A DNA stretch of 62,626 bases, filler included, from Vannella sp. (taxonomy: Eukaryota), in NCBI GenBank assembly GCA_023345925.1. It is 7 parts of 7 records of this genome, joined end to end, with 100 filler letters (N's around TTAATTAATTAA, not from the genome) between each part and the next. Parts side by side here need not be neighbours in the genome. Positions count along the whole stretch, not along the records: positions 1 to 6,297 come from JAJQQN010000667.1; positions 6,398 to 11,381 come from JAJQQN010000323.1; positions 11,482 to 15,679 come from JAJQQN010000830.1; 4 more parts are not named here. One strand, 5' to 3'. The position numbers and the translations under genes were made by a program. Below are positions 1-11,515 of the stretch, in pieces (within the stretch, counting starts at the first letter, position 1; each line of letters starts with the position of its first letter). Under the pieces are notes generated by a model. That model was not told where the DNA came from, did not search any database, and saw only the letters and a list, made by a program, of their open reading frames with translations.

Positions 1-266
1 ACTTTTCAACCATGGCCAGGGGACGTGGTTGATCTGGGCTGTGAACTCTCTCGTGGTTGAGTGGAGACGTGAATTCTCTCCTGGCGGAGGCACTTGAAAG
101 GAGGAGAGAGGCTTTTTATTTATGATGGCGCAAAAATCCCTATCAATGGTGGTCTGGACAAAGAGTGCGGAAAATCCTGATTTGTCCCCGATGAGAAAGA
201 ACCAAAACCCAACAAATTCATTTGAGTGAATTGTCCACAATTTCTGGTTGACCCGAAGCCGCCACG

Positions 267-1707
267 ATGGGGAAGATGCATCCAGCGTGCTACAATCTTC
301 CATTTGGAGTGATTCCCCATCTGCTATTACCGGTGGTGGTGTCCTTTGTACTGTATCAAAGCGGAAGTTGGCTGTTCGGCCCAGTTGGTGGTGTTCTGGT
401 GGTGTTCGCTGGTACTTTTGCTTTGTTCTCTGCTGCACGGCGCGGTCTCTTCCTCCGACATGATGATTCCAAGGTCCCCAAGGCTATGCCCATCCGAGTA
501 TCAGAGAAACGAATCGAAGAACTCATGCAAGTCTGCGATCCCGTCGTGGACGCTCTCATCGAGAAATCGATCTCCTCTGGACACAAAGGACGTCTCATCT
601 GGCAGCAGCAGAAGACCTTCGAACATCTGAAGCATACGGAAGAGTACAAGCAGCTGGAGGAGGAGCTTCGACATGTTCCTGAGTGGGTCGACGCTGAGAA
701 GATCGCAAAGGCGGCTGCCTTCTATCGTAACAACCTCACAATGGTGTTCATGGGACTCGGAGTGGGTCTCATCGAGAGCTACACCTTTGCAGAGGACGCT
801 AAGGTGATGATTCCTCCGATTAGAAGAGAAGGCCGCTGACTGAGGGCAACGGGAAGGTCTTGGAGATCAGTGGGGGGCTCGTCAAGATTGAAGGGAGCAT
901 CAAAAGACTGTTTCGTACCATTCAATTCGTCTACGACGTCATCAGCTGTGACAGGTGAGTACACTGACCGACATTCCTCCATCAATCCGGCTTACCTGAG
1001 CGCCTAGGGTGGCTGAATATGATACCAAACACTTCCAGAGTATCGTCAATGTGCGCTTCATTCATGGGTATGTGAGGAGAGTGTGCCAGCAGTCCCCCAA
1101 GTGGGACGCTCCTTTCATGCCAATCAACCAAATGTCCCAAGTGGGCACTCTCATGTTCTTCTGCCAAGTGCCTTTGGAAACTATGAAGCTCCGAGGAGTG
1201 TCTATTACTCCTGAAGAAGAGGAATGCTGCTGGCAGATGTGGAGGTACATGGGTCATGTCCTTGGCGTGGATCACACAATCATCCCCCAAACCTATCAGG
1301 AAGGTCAAAACCTTAGAGTAATGGAGCGATGGGTGGCCATGCAGAAGCCAACAGCCACCAGCGTTGCACTTGCACTCAACACTCTTCAGGCCATGGACCA
1401 GGACATTCGGATTCCCTTCCATGAGCCTTCTTTCCGCGCTCTCGTCAAAGCCCATCTTGGAGATTCTTTGTTTGAGGGCCTAGGACTTGCTCCTATTAGC
1501 TGGGCTGCGTTTTTGAGACACCACTGGCTGAATCTGGTGTGGAGATATGTTCAAGTGTGCGACGTTTACTTTCCCTTCTGCCAGCGTTGGAGGAACTTTT
1601 GGTTCTTCCGTTACCTTGTACAAGCTGGGGTCATCTCCGTCGAGCATGCGTTCTTCTCAAAGAAGATGCCTTCTGCTCCTTCCACTCCAGTTCCAGAAAA
1701 GAGGTGA
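267..1707 (+). CDS. Membrane-anchored MpaB/Lcp (rubber oxygenase, DUF2236)-like heme oxygenase, 3 exons
   Basis: Two N-terminal hydrophobic helices. Introns at 804-856 (GTGATG..GGAAG) and about 955-1007 (GTGAGT..CCTAG) join ESYTFAEDAK|VLEISGG..IKRLFRTIQF..VRFIHGYVR..PINQ..WRYMGHVLGV, which are DUF2236-family motifs including the candidate heme-ligand His. Confidence 0.75.
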
Positions 1708-1913
1708 GCGGTGCCAAGGGTTGAGCCACACGACAGGTACTATCACGAAGCAATCGTTCGATAAAACGTTCCTCGGAATGGCTCAGCCGCTCTACAGAAG
1801 TTCATCCGACCAGAACCAAGTTTCCTGAATACCGAACGGATTGTGCAGTTTTCATTTGTTGCTATTGCTATAGCTGAAGGTTTGTATTGCGAAGGAAAGA
1901 GGTGAGCTTAATG

Positions 1914-3503
1914 TTACAGGAATCGGTCAAACAGATTGCTAGCGAAAGGAATCCACTTGGGAATAGAAGAGTGGTGATGACTGGCTTCTTTAAAGTCCTC
2001 AAAAGTAACTTGCTGACAGTTCTGGAGAAGCCCATCTCTCTCCTGTTGATTGTTAGCGCGTCTTTTGATGTAAACTCTTTCTTACTTGACGGAGAGACGC
2101 TTGAAGAGAAGGATCTTCCGTCTTAAGAATCATTTGTGCCTCCAAATCGAGGTTCAAGGATCTTTTGCCGTAGTTCGAACTCCCGCAGACCGAGATATGT
2201 GGATCAGAACTCTCAGAACTGATCCAAAGTCCTTTTCCATGGAACGTTTCTCCCTCCTTCTTCCATTCGAGCATGCGAAGGTTTGCTTTGCCTTTCTTGT
2301 CTACTTGAGAGAGGAACCGGTGCTCGGCATTCAAATAGAACGCCGGAATATAAGCCGACAACCCAGAAGAGCCTAAAAAGCCGTTGGCCTCTGGAGAGGC
2401 CGTGATGACCTCCCAACTAGCCGATGAGTCCACAATTGCACTGCAAAGGCTCTCATCCACATTAAAGTAAGCAGTAGATAGAGTAGCGCGTTCTCCTTCT
2501 CCCAGAGAACGAACCAACTGATGAACAGCATCACGGTCTTGGTAAACATTAAACTTTCCAAGCTGGACAGTCGGAGAGAGGAACGCTTCTTTCAAGAGAC
2601 TTCCGGCAGGATTCACCATCAAGCCCTCTGCTTTTGCTTGAAAGTCCTGAATTTGGGTGTGTCCAAACTGACAGAACTCCTCAAATGCACTCAGGGGAGA
2701 AGGACAGCCTTTTGGCATCCTGAATGCGGCTTTGAGGGTGTTTAAGTCACTTGGACACGGACTGCCTTTGAGAGATTCCAGCCCAAAAGAGAAGCTCCCA
2801 ACAGTATCGATTAAGTTATCGTAGTAATCAGCTACTTCCCTGCATCCTTCAACTAACCAATAACGATCTTGTCGGTTCGTAAAGTAGTCAGTGGAGAGGT
2901 TGGCCCTGTTCTGTTGTCAGGAGGAATGAATAGACTAATCTTTCTACACTACCGTACCCACTGATGATCAGAGAGTCGTCAAACAGGTAGATCTTCATGT
3001 GCTGAGTGCCCAAGATCTCGTTGGCCCGAGGAGGGAGCAGGCGCCCTGCTAGAGAGAGTGGCGTTTGAAAGAGCCTCACTTGAAGCAGTGAGTGAATGTT
3101 ACATGCATCCCTTTGACTCACCATGCGGGAGAAGGGGGAGAGGGAGCGCAGACAAAGAGCATTGGCCTTTGGAGAAGCGGCTCCCTCGTTGCGCGTCAAG
3201 TAGAATAGAGCAAGCAACCCCTTCGTCCATCTTTCTTTCCAGAAGAGAGCTCAGCATCCGGTTCTCGTCCCCCACGCCCGTGTACAATGAGGCCAACGAA
3301 ACCCTTTCCTTTGCCTTTCCCACGCCCTCGCACAGCACCTGGAAGAACTCTCTTGGAGACTGCAACACTCTCACTGCACCAGCTGGCACAACAAACCCCT
3401 TCATCAAGCTACTGCCCCCCTCAAAGGCCAAGAAAGAATGACCAAAAAGCGAGTCCTTGAACAGGGTATTGTAGACAGGTACCAGAAGCCGTGAAAGGTC
3501 CAT
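1914..3503 (-). CDS. PGS1: CDP-diacylglycerol--glycerol-3-phosphate 3-phosphatidyltransferase (PLD-type), 4 exons
   Basis: Motifs LASLY, LLDAQRGSR, QHMKIYLFDD, SGANLSTDYFTNRQDRY (after splicing), ASPEANGF, TFHGKGLW, GSSNYGKRSLNLDLE. Three short GT-AG introns restore the frame; stop at 1914-1916. Confidence 0.88.
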
Positions 3504-3616
3504 TTATATCACGCGGATATTGAATGAAAGAAGAAACTGCTCGAATCGAGGTCCCCTCTCATTGGTTGGTCCTTCAGAGTGCGTTCTGGACACTTGCCCT
3601 GGACACATTCCCTGCT

Positions 3617-6193
3617 CTAAGCCGGATAATGTACAATGCCAGCGTTGGATAAAGTGTTGTCGTGAAGGATAGGGTTTGCATCTGAATGAATGAGAATATC
3701 AGGCGCGTTCCCACTCAGATTGTTACGTGTGAGTGTTGAATGAGCACCAGAGCGGAACTCTACACCTGCTGATCTATTTGAAGTGATTTGGTTCCCTTCC
3801 AGCATCCCAGAGCCTCCATGGTGAACCAGAATCCCGCATTGCTCTCCGCCCTCGACAGTATTGTTTAGAACAGTCGGATTCGCGTCCCCTCTGATGATAA
3901 TACCAGAGTTTAAATTACCCTGAATAGTGTTGCTCTCAAGAACCCCTGAGGAGCCATCAAAGAGAACCCCCGAAGAGTATCCAGAGGAGATAATGTTGCC
4001 AGTAATGGAAGGTTCGGAGTGGGAGGACACTCTGATTGCAGATTGACGGTTATGGTGAATGTAATTGCCCCGCAGAATCCCTGTGGCTTCATAGAATACC
4101 ACACCATTAGATTGGCCGTGGTGGATTTGGTTGGAAAACAGGTTCGGATTGGCACCGCGAATGACTTCCACGTTGGCCAATGCGTTATTGCAAATGTCAT
4201 TGTGGGAGAATGAAGCAATGCCGCCTTCGCTGCACAGAATACCACAGTGCTTGCCATCAGAAATCGTATTATTCTTGAACGTGCTCCCACCTCCACAGGT
4301 TATTTGCACTCCTGCACGTTGATTGTCGTAAATGTGGTTATGTTCAAAGATGCCATGTCCATTTTTGACTCCAATCCCTGCAGATTGGCCACTATAAACG
4401 CGATTGATACGAAAGGACGGACGTGAAGACTTGACTTTGACTCCTGTTCGAACGTTTTGGTAGATTTCATTGTGTTCCAGAGTTCCCAAACCTCCACTGT
4501 GGATGTAGACTCCTCCACCCCCACTTCCATGAATAGAGCAGCGTTGGATACGAGGATCGCCCCCCTTTCGGATCTCAATTCCTGACAGACAATTTGAGTC
4601 AATCTGATTGTTCTGGAACAGTCCAAGTCCATTGTTATGAACCAACAGCCCTGCAGAATACCCATGATGGATACGATTCTTGATGAAAGTAGGATCACCA
4701 CCACCGGATACCTTAACGCCACTATGACGATTCTGCGCGATATCGTTATCTTTGAAATAGCCCATTCCTCGGTCAGATACAACTACGCCACGTTGCTTAT
4801 TGTGATGAATAGAATTCCCTTGGAATATAGGATTGGCACCAGAGCGGACTTTGATGCCTGCAGCCGCGTTGTGAAAGATTTCGTTCTCTTCGAAAAGTCC
4901 ATCGGCTCCAATGACAAGGACCCCGAAGTATTTACCATCGTAGATACGATTGTGGGTGAACGTAGGGCATCCTTGGCTCCGTACTTCAATGCATGAGGTA
5001 GCGTGACCAAAGATATCGTTGTTTGCAAAGTGCCCTCGACCTCCATTATATACGAGAATACCCACACTGGATCCTGAATGGATTTTGTTCCTTCGCAGAG
5101 TGGGATTGGCGCGATTGCTGATGCCTATACACGCTAAACTATCACTTGAGATGTCGCAATCCTCCATCAGGACATGCCCGCCCCCAGTAATGCTCACACA
5201 AAAGTGGCGGCCTCTTCCGCCCGTCTGCCTAAGATTCAGGTTTCTAACGACTCCCATTTGAGCCCTAAAGAAGAGAACATTCTTGCTTCCTGCTGAGATG
5301 GTGACGGGGCCATCTGAGTTATCTCCGATGATTTGCATGGACTGAGTGATGTTGATTGACTCAGAATAGTCACCAGAAGGGATTATCATCGTTTCTGAAG
5401 GTGACATCTCAAACATAGCAGCACTGATAGTCTCATAAGGACCACGAGCACTGCAATATCGGTGTCGCCAAAGGTCAGCGAATCCAGGTACGATAGTGAC
5501 TCCATGGAAGCGTCTCTTATAGAGAGTGTGCCATAGCTGATCACTTTCTGTCCTAGCTTGCCATGACTTGCTGACTCGAGAGGCATCATTGAGGGACTGA
5601 GCGTCCAAATAGCTGAGGATTTTGAAGGACAGCTCGTTCGGAAGGAGATCGACGAAGTCCACGAGCCAGTATGCTTGATACTCCATTCTTACAGTGATAG
5701 AGCCTATATCTTGCCCTTGCCTCCGCTTCTTTCGACGCAAAGGGATCGATCTGGAGTACAATCAATGTCCCACGTGCCCCACATCACTCAGGAGCACGTA
5801 CGTGGCAAACGAGTGATGGGATCCAATGTCGCAGAAGCTAGAGAGATCAATTCGATGAGAGAGAAGCGTCTTCTTTGCTCCAAAGGTTGAACGGGAGAAG
5901 AGTTGAAGGCGCAACGTTGCGTTCTTCCGCTCTACGGTTGGGCTTCTTGCTATTTAGACAAGCACCACTGACAAGCAGAGATCAACGTACAAACGGATGT
6001 GCATCGGAGTAGACTGCCACGGCAAGGTGTGTGTTTGCTTAAAGTCACTTTGGTGCCGAACCGTGCAAAAGTAAGCTCCCTGAAGGCCTGAAAGAGCACC
6101 ACCATCCCCCTCAACTATCTCTCTATCAGGGCCAATGACTCCCTTCCCCTTTCACTTCATACCCGCCACCAGAAGGGCCCAACACTCCGTCAT
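3617..6193 (-). CDS. F-box protein with parallel beta-helix (PbH1/CASH) repeats, FBXO11-like, plus an N-terminal C2-like extension
   Basis: F-box LLPNELSFKILSYLD..VSKSW followed by many G(I/V)x(I/V)..NPxxxxNxIH repeats. Three upstream exons rebuilt by hand to an ATG at 6193. Confidence 0.8.
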
Positions 6194-6297
6194 GTTATGA
6201 AATATATCTCCCCCACAATCAAGAGTTTTGTATTTTGCAATAATGGGTGGAACGGCAAACAGAAGCAACCAACCAAGCCAGTTCGAGCTACTGTGGG

Positions 6298-6397
6298 NNN
6301 NNNNNNNNNNNNNNNNNNNNNNNNNNNNNNNNNNNNNNNNNTTAATTAATTAANNNNNNNNNNNNNNNNNNNNNNNNNNNNNNNNNNNNNNNNNNNN
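6298..6397. other. Artificial contig linker
   Basis: N-run, TTAATTAATTAA (stops in all six frames), N-run; 100 nt. Confidence 0.98.
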
Positions 6398-8402
6398 AGG
6401 ATCCGGATAAGCTTGCCCTTCTCACTATCTATGAGATGTTATCTCAAGCCTCTGAAAATGGTTCTCGATTCACTCAAGTAGTGCTGACAGTCGGCTCGGC
6501 CCTTCAGAACCAAATTAATACGGACAATATACAGTCGGAAATGTCCAGCGGGCGATCTGCACGAGAGCTTATACGGACGAAAGAGTATCTTCAAGCCAGA
6601 TGCCAAGTCGACCGCATTCAGTCTTGGAGTCCAACAAATACAGCCAAGATAGGTGGGTGGCTGGTCAATCTATTTTTGAATAGCACTACATTTAGTAATG
6701 GCAGAACGAGGCCCTTTCGACATTGCTATCAGACTTTCCAAGGAAAACGATTTGGGATGATTATGGCGCATCCGAACCTTCTTGATGACATGGATATGTC
6801 GCGTATAGCCCAAGAGGGATTCCATTCGAAGCATATGCCCATGGTTGTCCCGCCCCAACCGTGGAAAGGAGTATGGGATGGCCCTTATCTTCTTTCTTCT
6901 CCTCCCCTTGTCCGTTCTGCCACCTGTTCCCACATTGATCTCTTCAACGCAAATCAGACTTAGATTTAGTTCTCAAGGCATTGACTGCTATCTCAGCAAC
7001 ACCCTGGAAGATCAATACCCGCATAATGGAGATTGCCAGTTCGACAGAAACAAGTGAGCTTCTCTCACAGGAAGAGCCAAATGAGGCCAAAAAACGCATT
7101 TTGATGACTGCTAGTAAGTTCAGTAGAGAACCAAACATTTATTTCCCGCACAATATGGACTTTCGAGGGCGATGCTATCCGATTCCTTCCTCGTTGAATC
7201 ATATGGGCTCAGATTTATGTCGAGGAGTACTCCAATTCAGTAATGGTAAACCCCTGGGTACTTCAGGACTACAATGGATGAAGATACACTTTGCAAACAT
7301 CTTCGGAGTTGGCAAAATCTCCTACAAAGACCGGATTGCATTCACTGACAGTAACATTGGCAACATCTTGGACTCAGCGCGGGACCCAATCAAGAAAAGG
7401 TGGTGGACAAAAGCAGAAAATCCTTGGCAATGCTTGGCAGTATGTTTTGAGCTCTCCCAGGCCTTTCAGATGAAGGATTCATCGGGGTTCATCTCCCATC
7501 TTCCCCTGCATGTCGACGGCTCATGTAACGGTCTGCAACACTATGCTGCAATAGGGAAGGATATAGTAGGAGCGGAACAAGTAAACCTCTTACCAGGGGG
7601 GCTGCCAAAGGACGTCTACTCACTCGTATTGGAATCTGTCTCACAGAAAGTCTCCAAAGATGCGGCTGCTGGCATTGCTGCTGCAAAGAGAATAGAAGGA
7701 CAACTAACAAGGAAAACAGTCAAACAGACAGTAATGACGTATGTCTACGGAGTCACCCATTCCGGTGCTCGAAGGCAGATTCGCGGCCAATTAGAGAATT
7801 TAGAAGTCCCAGAAGATGAACTTCATCTTACCAGTGACTACCTAACACGAGTCACTTTTGAGAGCATCGAGAAGTCTTTCACAAGTGCTCGGAACATCAT
7901 GAAATGGCTGACAGACTGCGCAAGGCAAGTCGGAAGAGCGGGTTTGCCAGTCACTTGGAAGACCCCTTTGGGGTTCCCAGTGGAGCAACCCTATCGCAGA
8001 GGGGGTAAAATTAAGATTGAGACGTCTCTACAACAACTGGTGCTTCTCTCAGAGGACGCTGAGGACTCCCCAGTCCTTGTTCAAAGGCAGAAAGCGGCAT
8101 TCCCGCCCAATTATGTGCATTCCCTGGACTCCACGCACATGCTCATGACCGCTGTGGAGTGTCATAAGGAAGGTATTGACTTTGCAGCGGTCCATGATAG
8201 CTATTGGACCCATCCTGGGGACATGGATCGACTGAATGTACTCCTTCGGGAGAGCTTTGTGGCTCTTCACGAGTCTCCACTTCTTCCACACCTCGCCCAA
8301 CAGCTTTCAAACACCTGTTCTACTGTACAGCTCACTGCACCGCCTCAGCAAGGCACTCTCGACCTAAAGGCAGTCCAATCCAGTCCGTACTTCTTTCAAT
8401 AA
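6398..8402 (+). CDS. POLRMT: T7/phage-type single-subunit (mitochondrial) RNA polymerase, 5'-truncated, one apparent frameshift near 6952
   Basis: PMVVPPQPW, YFPHNMDFRGRCYP, motif A HVDGSCNGLQHYAA, motif B RKTVKQTVMTYVYG, AFPPNYVHSLDSTH, motif C AVHDSYWTH. ORFs 6436-6963 and 6981-8402 are collinear in different frames. Confidence 0.9.
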
Positions 8403-8455
8403 AGCATTCCCTCCACCTCAAGAAGGCACCTTGCAAGAAGACAGTCTATCTCTGA

Positions 8456-8988
8456 TCATTGGGAGTCCATACGAGCTACTTGGTGCATCACCACCGCCTT
8501 GCTCGTCTCCATAACCTCTCCGGCGAGGAAAACTTCATCAAGGATGACGTAGCACTTATGGAAGTTGAACATGATGTCCTGCTCTGATACAGGGTTGAAG
8601 TACGAGTTGAGAATCGTCACGTAAAGGTGCACAGCTTCAAAGCAGGCCAAGTCATTGTCCGTTGTGTCCACGCAGATGCAAAACCACAGCTTTTGATAGC
8701 GTTTGTAGAGGAGCCGACCTGTCCCATACTGACCAAGTTGGTCAACACCACACGTACGACACCTTCCAACGCTCGTACCTGGCACACGTTCGCTGTCTTC
8801 TGTGATCCCGTCTCGGCAAGGACGATCTCCCGAACCTGCTCTCTTATCTGCATCTTCTGGTCCTCCGTCTGCGTCACATAGTACTTCGACAAGCGCGTAC
8901 TCCCTGATGTGTTAATGACGATGAAGAAGCGGATCTATCCCTTGCTAGTCAGCACAATCAAGGGCGCCCCGTATGCACCACCCACCAT
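8456..8988 (-). CDS. AP2S1: Clathrin adaptor sigma subunit, AP-2 sigma-like, 3 exons
   Basis: ATG-only first coding exon (intron 8935-8985), then MIRFFIVINTSGSTRLSKYY..YKRYQKLWFCICVD..DIMFNFHKCYVILDEVFLAGEVMETSK. Confidence 0.8.
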
Positions 8989-9087
8989 CGCCCTCCAGTG
9001 AAGCAATGAGGAGCGGAGGGGAGCGAAAGGTTCATAAACTACATGTAAAGCACGAGGAGCATATCTACAGCGAGTAGAGCGCAGAGC

Positions 9088-10711
9088 TCAACGTGGGGAG
9101 AGGAAGGACCGTGCTTGGTTGGTCATCCTTCGGCGAGAGGGCGAGTTTTGGAGGTCCATGGTGAAAGGGTCTGTGTTGGAGTACTTGCGGTTGATAGCAG
9201 CAAAGGTCTTGCCCAGAGAGAAGGAGTCAGACATCTTCAGGGACGAGCTTCCGACCTCCAAGCGGGTGACTTTAGCAGTAGTCTTCCTTGGGGACTGGGG
9301 TGATTTAGGCCAGTGGTTGCTGCTTATCTCAGCCAGAGGACGGCGTGGAGAAGCCACTGTATGAGAACGGTTACGGGGAATAGGAGAAGTCTCTAAAGGA
9401 CTTCCGAAGAGGCTTCGTCGAGCCCTCACGGGCGACGGTGACTTGAACAAGCTCTGAATAGTGCTACGAGGAGAACTCCACTCTGCAATCAGATCACCCA
9501 GGCCAGGAGACGCAAAGGGCGAGAGACCGCCCTGTCGTTGAGGAGGGAGTGGAGTGCTCCTCTTCTTCACTGCCTGGGGACTTCGAAAAAAACTTGTCGG
9601 AGAGAAGGGTGCTGCATAGCGTGGCTGTTTGGCACCCGGAGAGAGGGGAGAAGCCAACTCGTTGTACGATCTTTTGCGCAAGATGGACGGGGACTGGGCG
9701 AAGAGTGGTTTGATGGAGCCCATCTCTGGGGAGAAGAGTCCTCGTTGAAGGAAGTCGATTGGTAGTGAACTACTCAACATGTTGGCGTCAAGAGGGATCG
9801 AGGGGGTCGGAAGATCAGTGCATGAGAAGCTCAATGAGTTGGGGTCGATGTCATTGAGGGATCCAGACAAGAGAGGGTCGTCCATCCACGCCAAACCATC
9901 GTTTACATCATATCTCTCATCCATACACGGCATAGAGATGGACTCCGTCTCGATAATGCAGGGAGAAGGCGAGTTCTCTGACTTGATCGTCACTCCTTGC
10001 GCTGCTGAAGAGTTGATTTGGATAGATTGCGTCCTTCTCGTTCCCATAGAAGGGGTTGGTACGAAGAGCTCCTCACTCTCTTCCCGGTCACGAGCAGGAA
10101 GCTTCTCCTTCTTGTGGTGTTGTCCTTTACTCTTTCGTCGGCTCGAGGCTCCATGGACCCTCCGGCAGATAGTAGAGTTCCAGCGGTTCTTAATCATGTT
10201 GTCTGTACGACCAGGGAGGTACTTGGAGATCTCCGCCCACTTGTTCCCGATCTCGGAGTGCTTCGCGATGAGCATCTCGTCCTCCTCCGTCGACCAAGGC
10301 TCTTTGTTGATCTTAGGGTCGAGGTGGTTGTGCCACCTTTCACGGCATTGCTTTCCAATGCGTCCATTGAGGTAGGTAGCGATCTGGGACCAACTTCTGG
10401 GTCCATACTTGTGGACTAACTCGACCACGAGGGCGTCCTCTTCTGTTGTCCAAGGTCCTTTGACTAGCTCAGGGTTGATGACCTTCTCCCAGCGATGGAG
10501 ACACTGTTGTTCTGTTCTTCCAGGGAAGAGAGCAGCGATCTGTGTCCAGTTCTGTCCACTTCCACCAGACCGAAGGGCGGCCTTCAGTTTGGAGTCTTCG
10601 GACTTGGTCCACCGCCCTTTTGAGCTTTTAGAGTCGCTTGAGGAACTACGAGAGGGTTTGTTAGTGTCTGTTCCACTCTGTGTGCGTGTCTACGTACTCT
10701 GTATTATCCAT
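9088..10711 (-). CDS. R1R2R3 (3R) Myb transcription factor, 2 exons
   Basis: Three Myb repeats: [79 protein letters not shown]-rich C-terminus with SPSILRKR. One intron (GTACGT..CTAAC..GTAG) after MDNTD. Confidence 0.9.
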
Positions 10712-10802
10712 TAATCACACTTGGCACACTGGAATCAAGGAAGAGTAACTGGATTGCTGCGCGTTCTGTCCCTTCGACAAGCAGGGAGGTATGCGTATGA
10801 GA

Positions 10803-10887
10803 TTCGGCGCCAAACCTAATCAAAAAGCCTCTTCCCGCCCTCTGTTCCCGCCAACATCTCCATTCCAACGGTCATCTCCAACGGTCA
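10803..10887. promoter_or_regulatory. E2F-like sites and two MSA elements upstream of the 3R-Myb gene
   Basis: TTCGGCGCCAAA at 10803-10814, TTCCCGCC at 10832 and 10845, TCCAACGGTCA at 10864-10874 and 10877-10887. CCAAT boxes nearby at 10995 and 11019. Confidence 0.6.
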
Positions 10888-11381
10888 CCTTCCCCAAAGT
10901 GCCCCCACACAATGAATCGAGCTGATTATTAATTCTTAGTCAATTGGTAATACGCCACTCCAAATGGGATGGCCACTGCCAACCTTTCAAGGGGCCAATC
11001 ATGGCTGGCATAGTTCAACCAATCAGGCCGCGGCGCACATTAGAGTGAACCACTATCCTTCAACTGAGGTTCACTATTGGGTTCTCTAGGATTCTCTGAA
11101 TTCACTAAAATTCTCTGAATTAAACGTTTTGGGATTTCATTCCTTGAATCGATCAGATCATACAATCGGGCAACCGAAGTCTGATTGGTCAGTGTTACAC
11201 AGCTTCAACTGGAGCTGAGCGAGCAAGAGGATCAGCCGACCCCCTTTCTTCTCAGAGTGAGGCAGGAGCTGTTTATCAATCCACGCATGATCTCCCATTA
11301 TCACAGTGGCATCATCTCCGAAACTGTGCGAAGCAAGATGGGAATCAGCCGCAAAAACACCATGCCTGTGTCTGCAAAGGT

Positions 11382-11481
11382 NNNNNNNNNNNNNNNNNNN
11401 NNNNNNNNNNNNNNNNNNNNNNNNNTTAATTAATTAANNNNNNNNNNNNNNNNNNNNNNNNNNNNNNNNNNNNNNNNNNNN
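11382..11481. other. Artificial contig linker
   Basis: N-run/TTAATTAATTAA/N-run. Confidence 0.98.
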
Positions 11482-11515
11482 GGGGAAATGCGAACCACTC
11501 TTTCGCAAGGCGGAC

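Noticed and set aside
6398..8402. T7-like RNA polymerase as evidence of a prophage, virus or linear plasmid
   Set aside because: Motifs match the nuclear-encoded mitochondrial type, and neighbours are intron-containing AP-2 sigma and Myb genes; no viral genes nearby.
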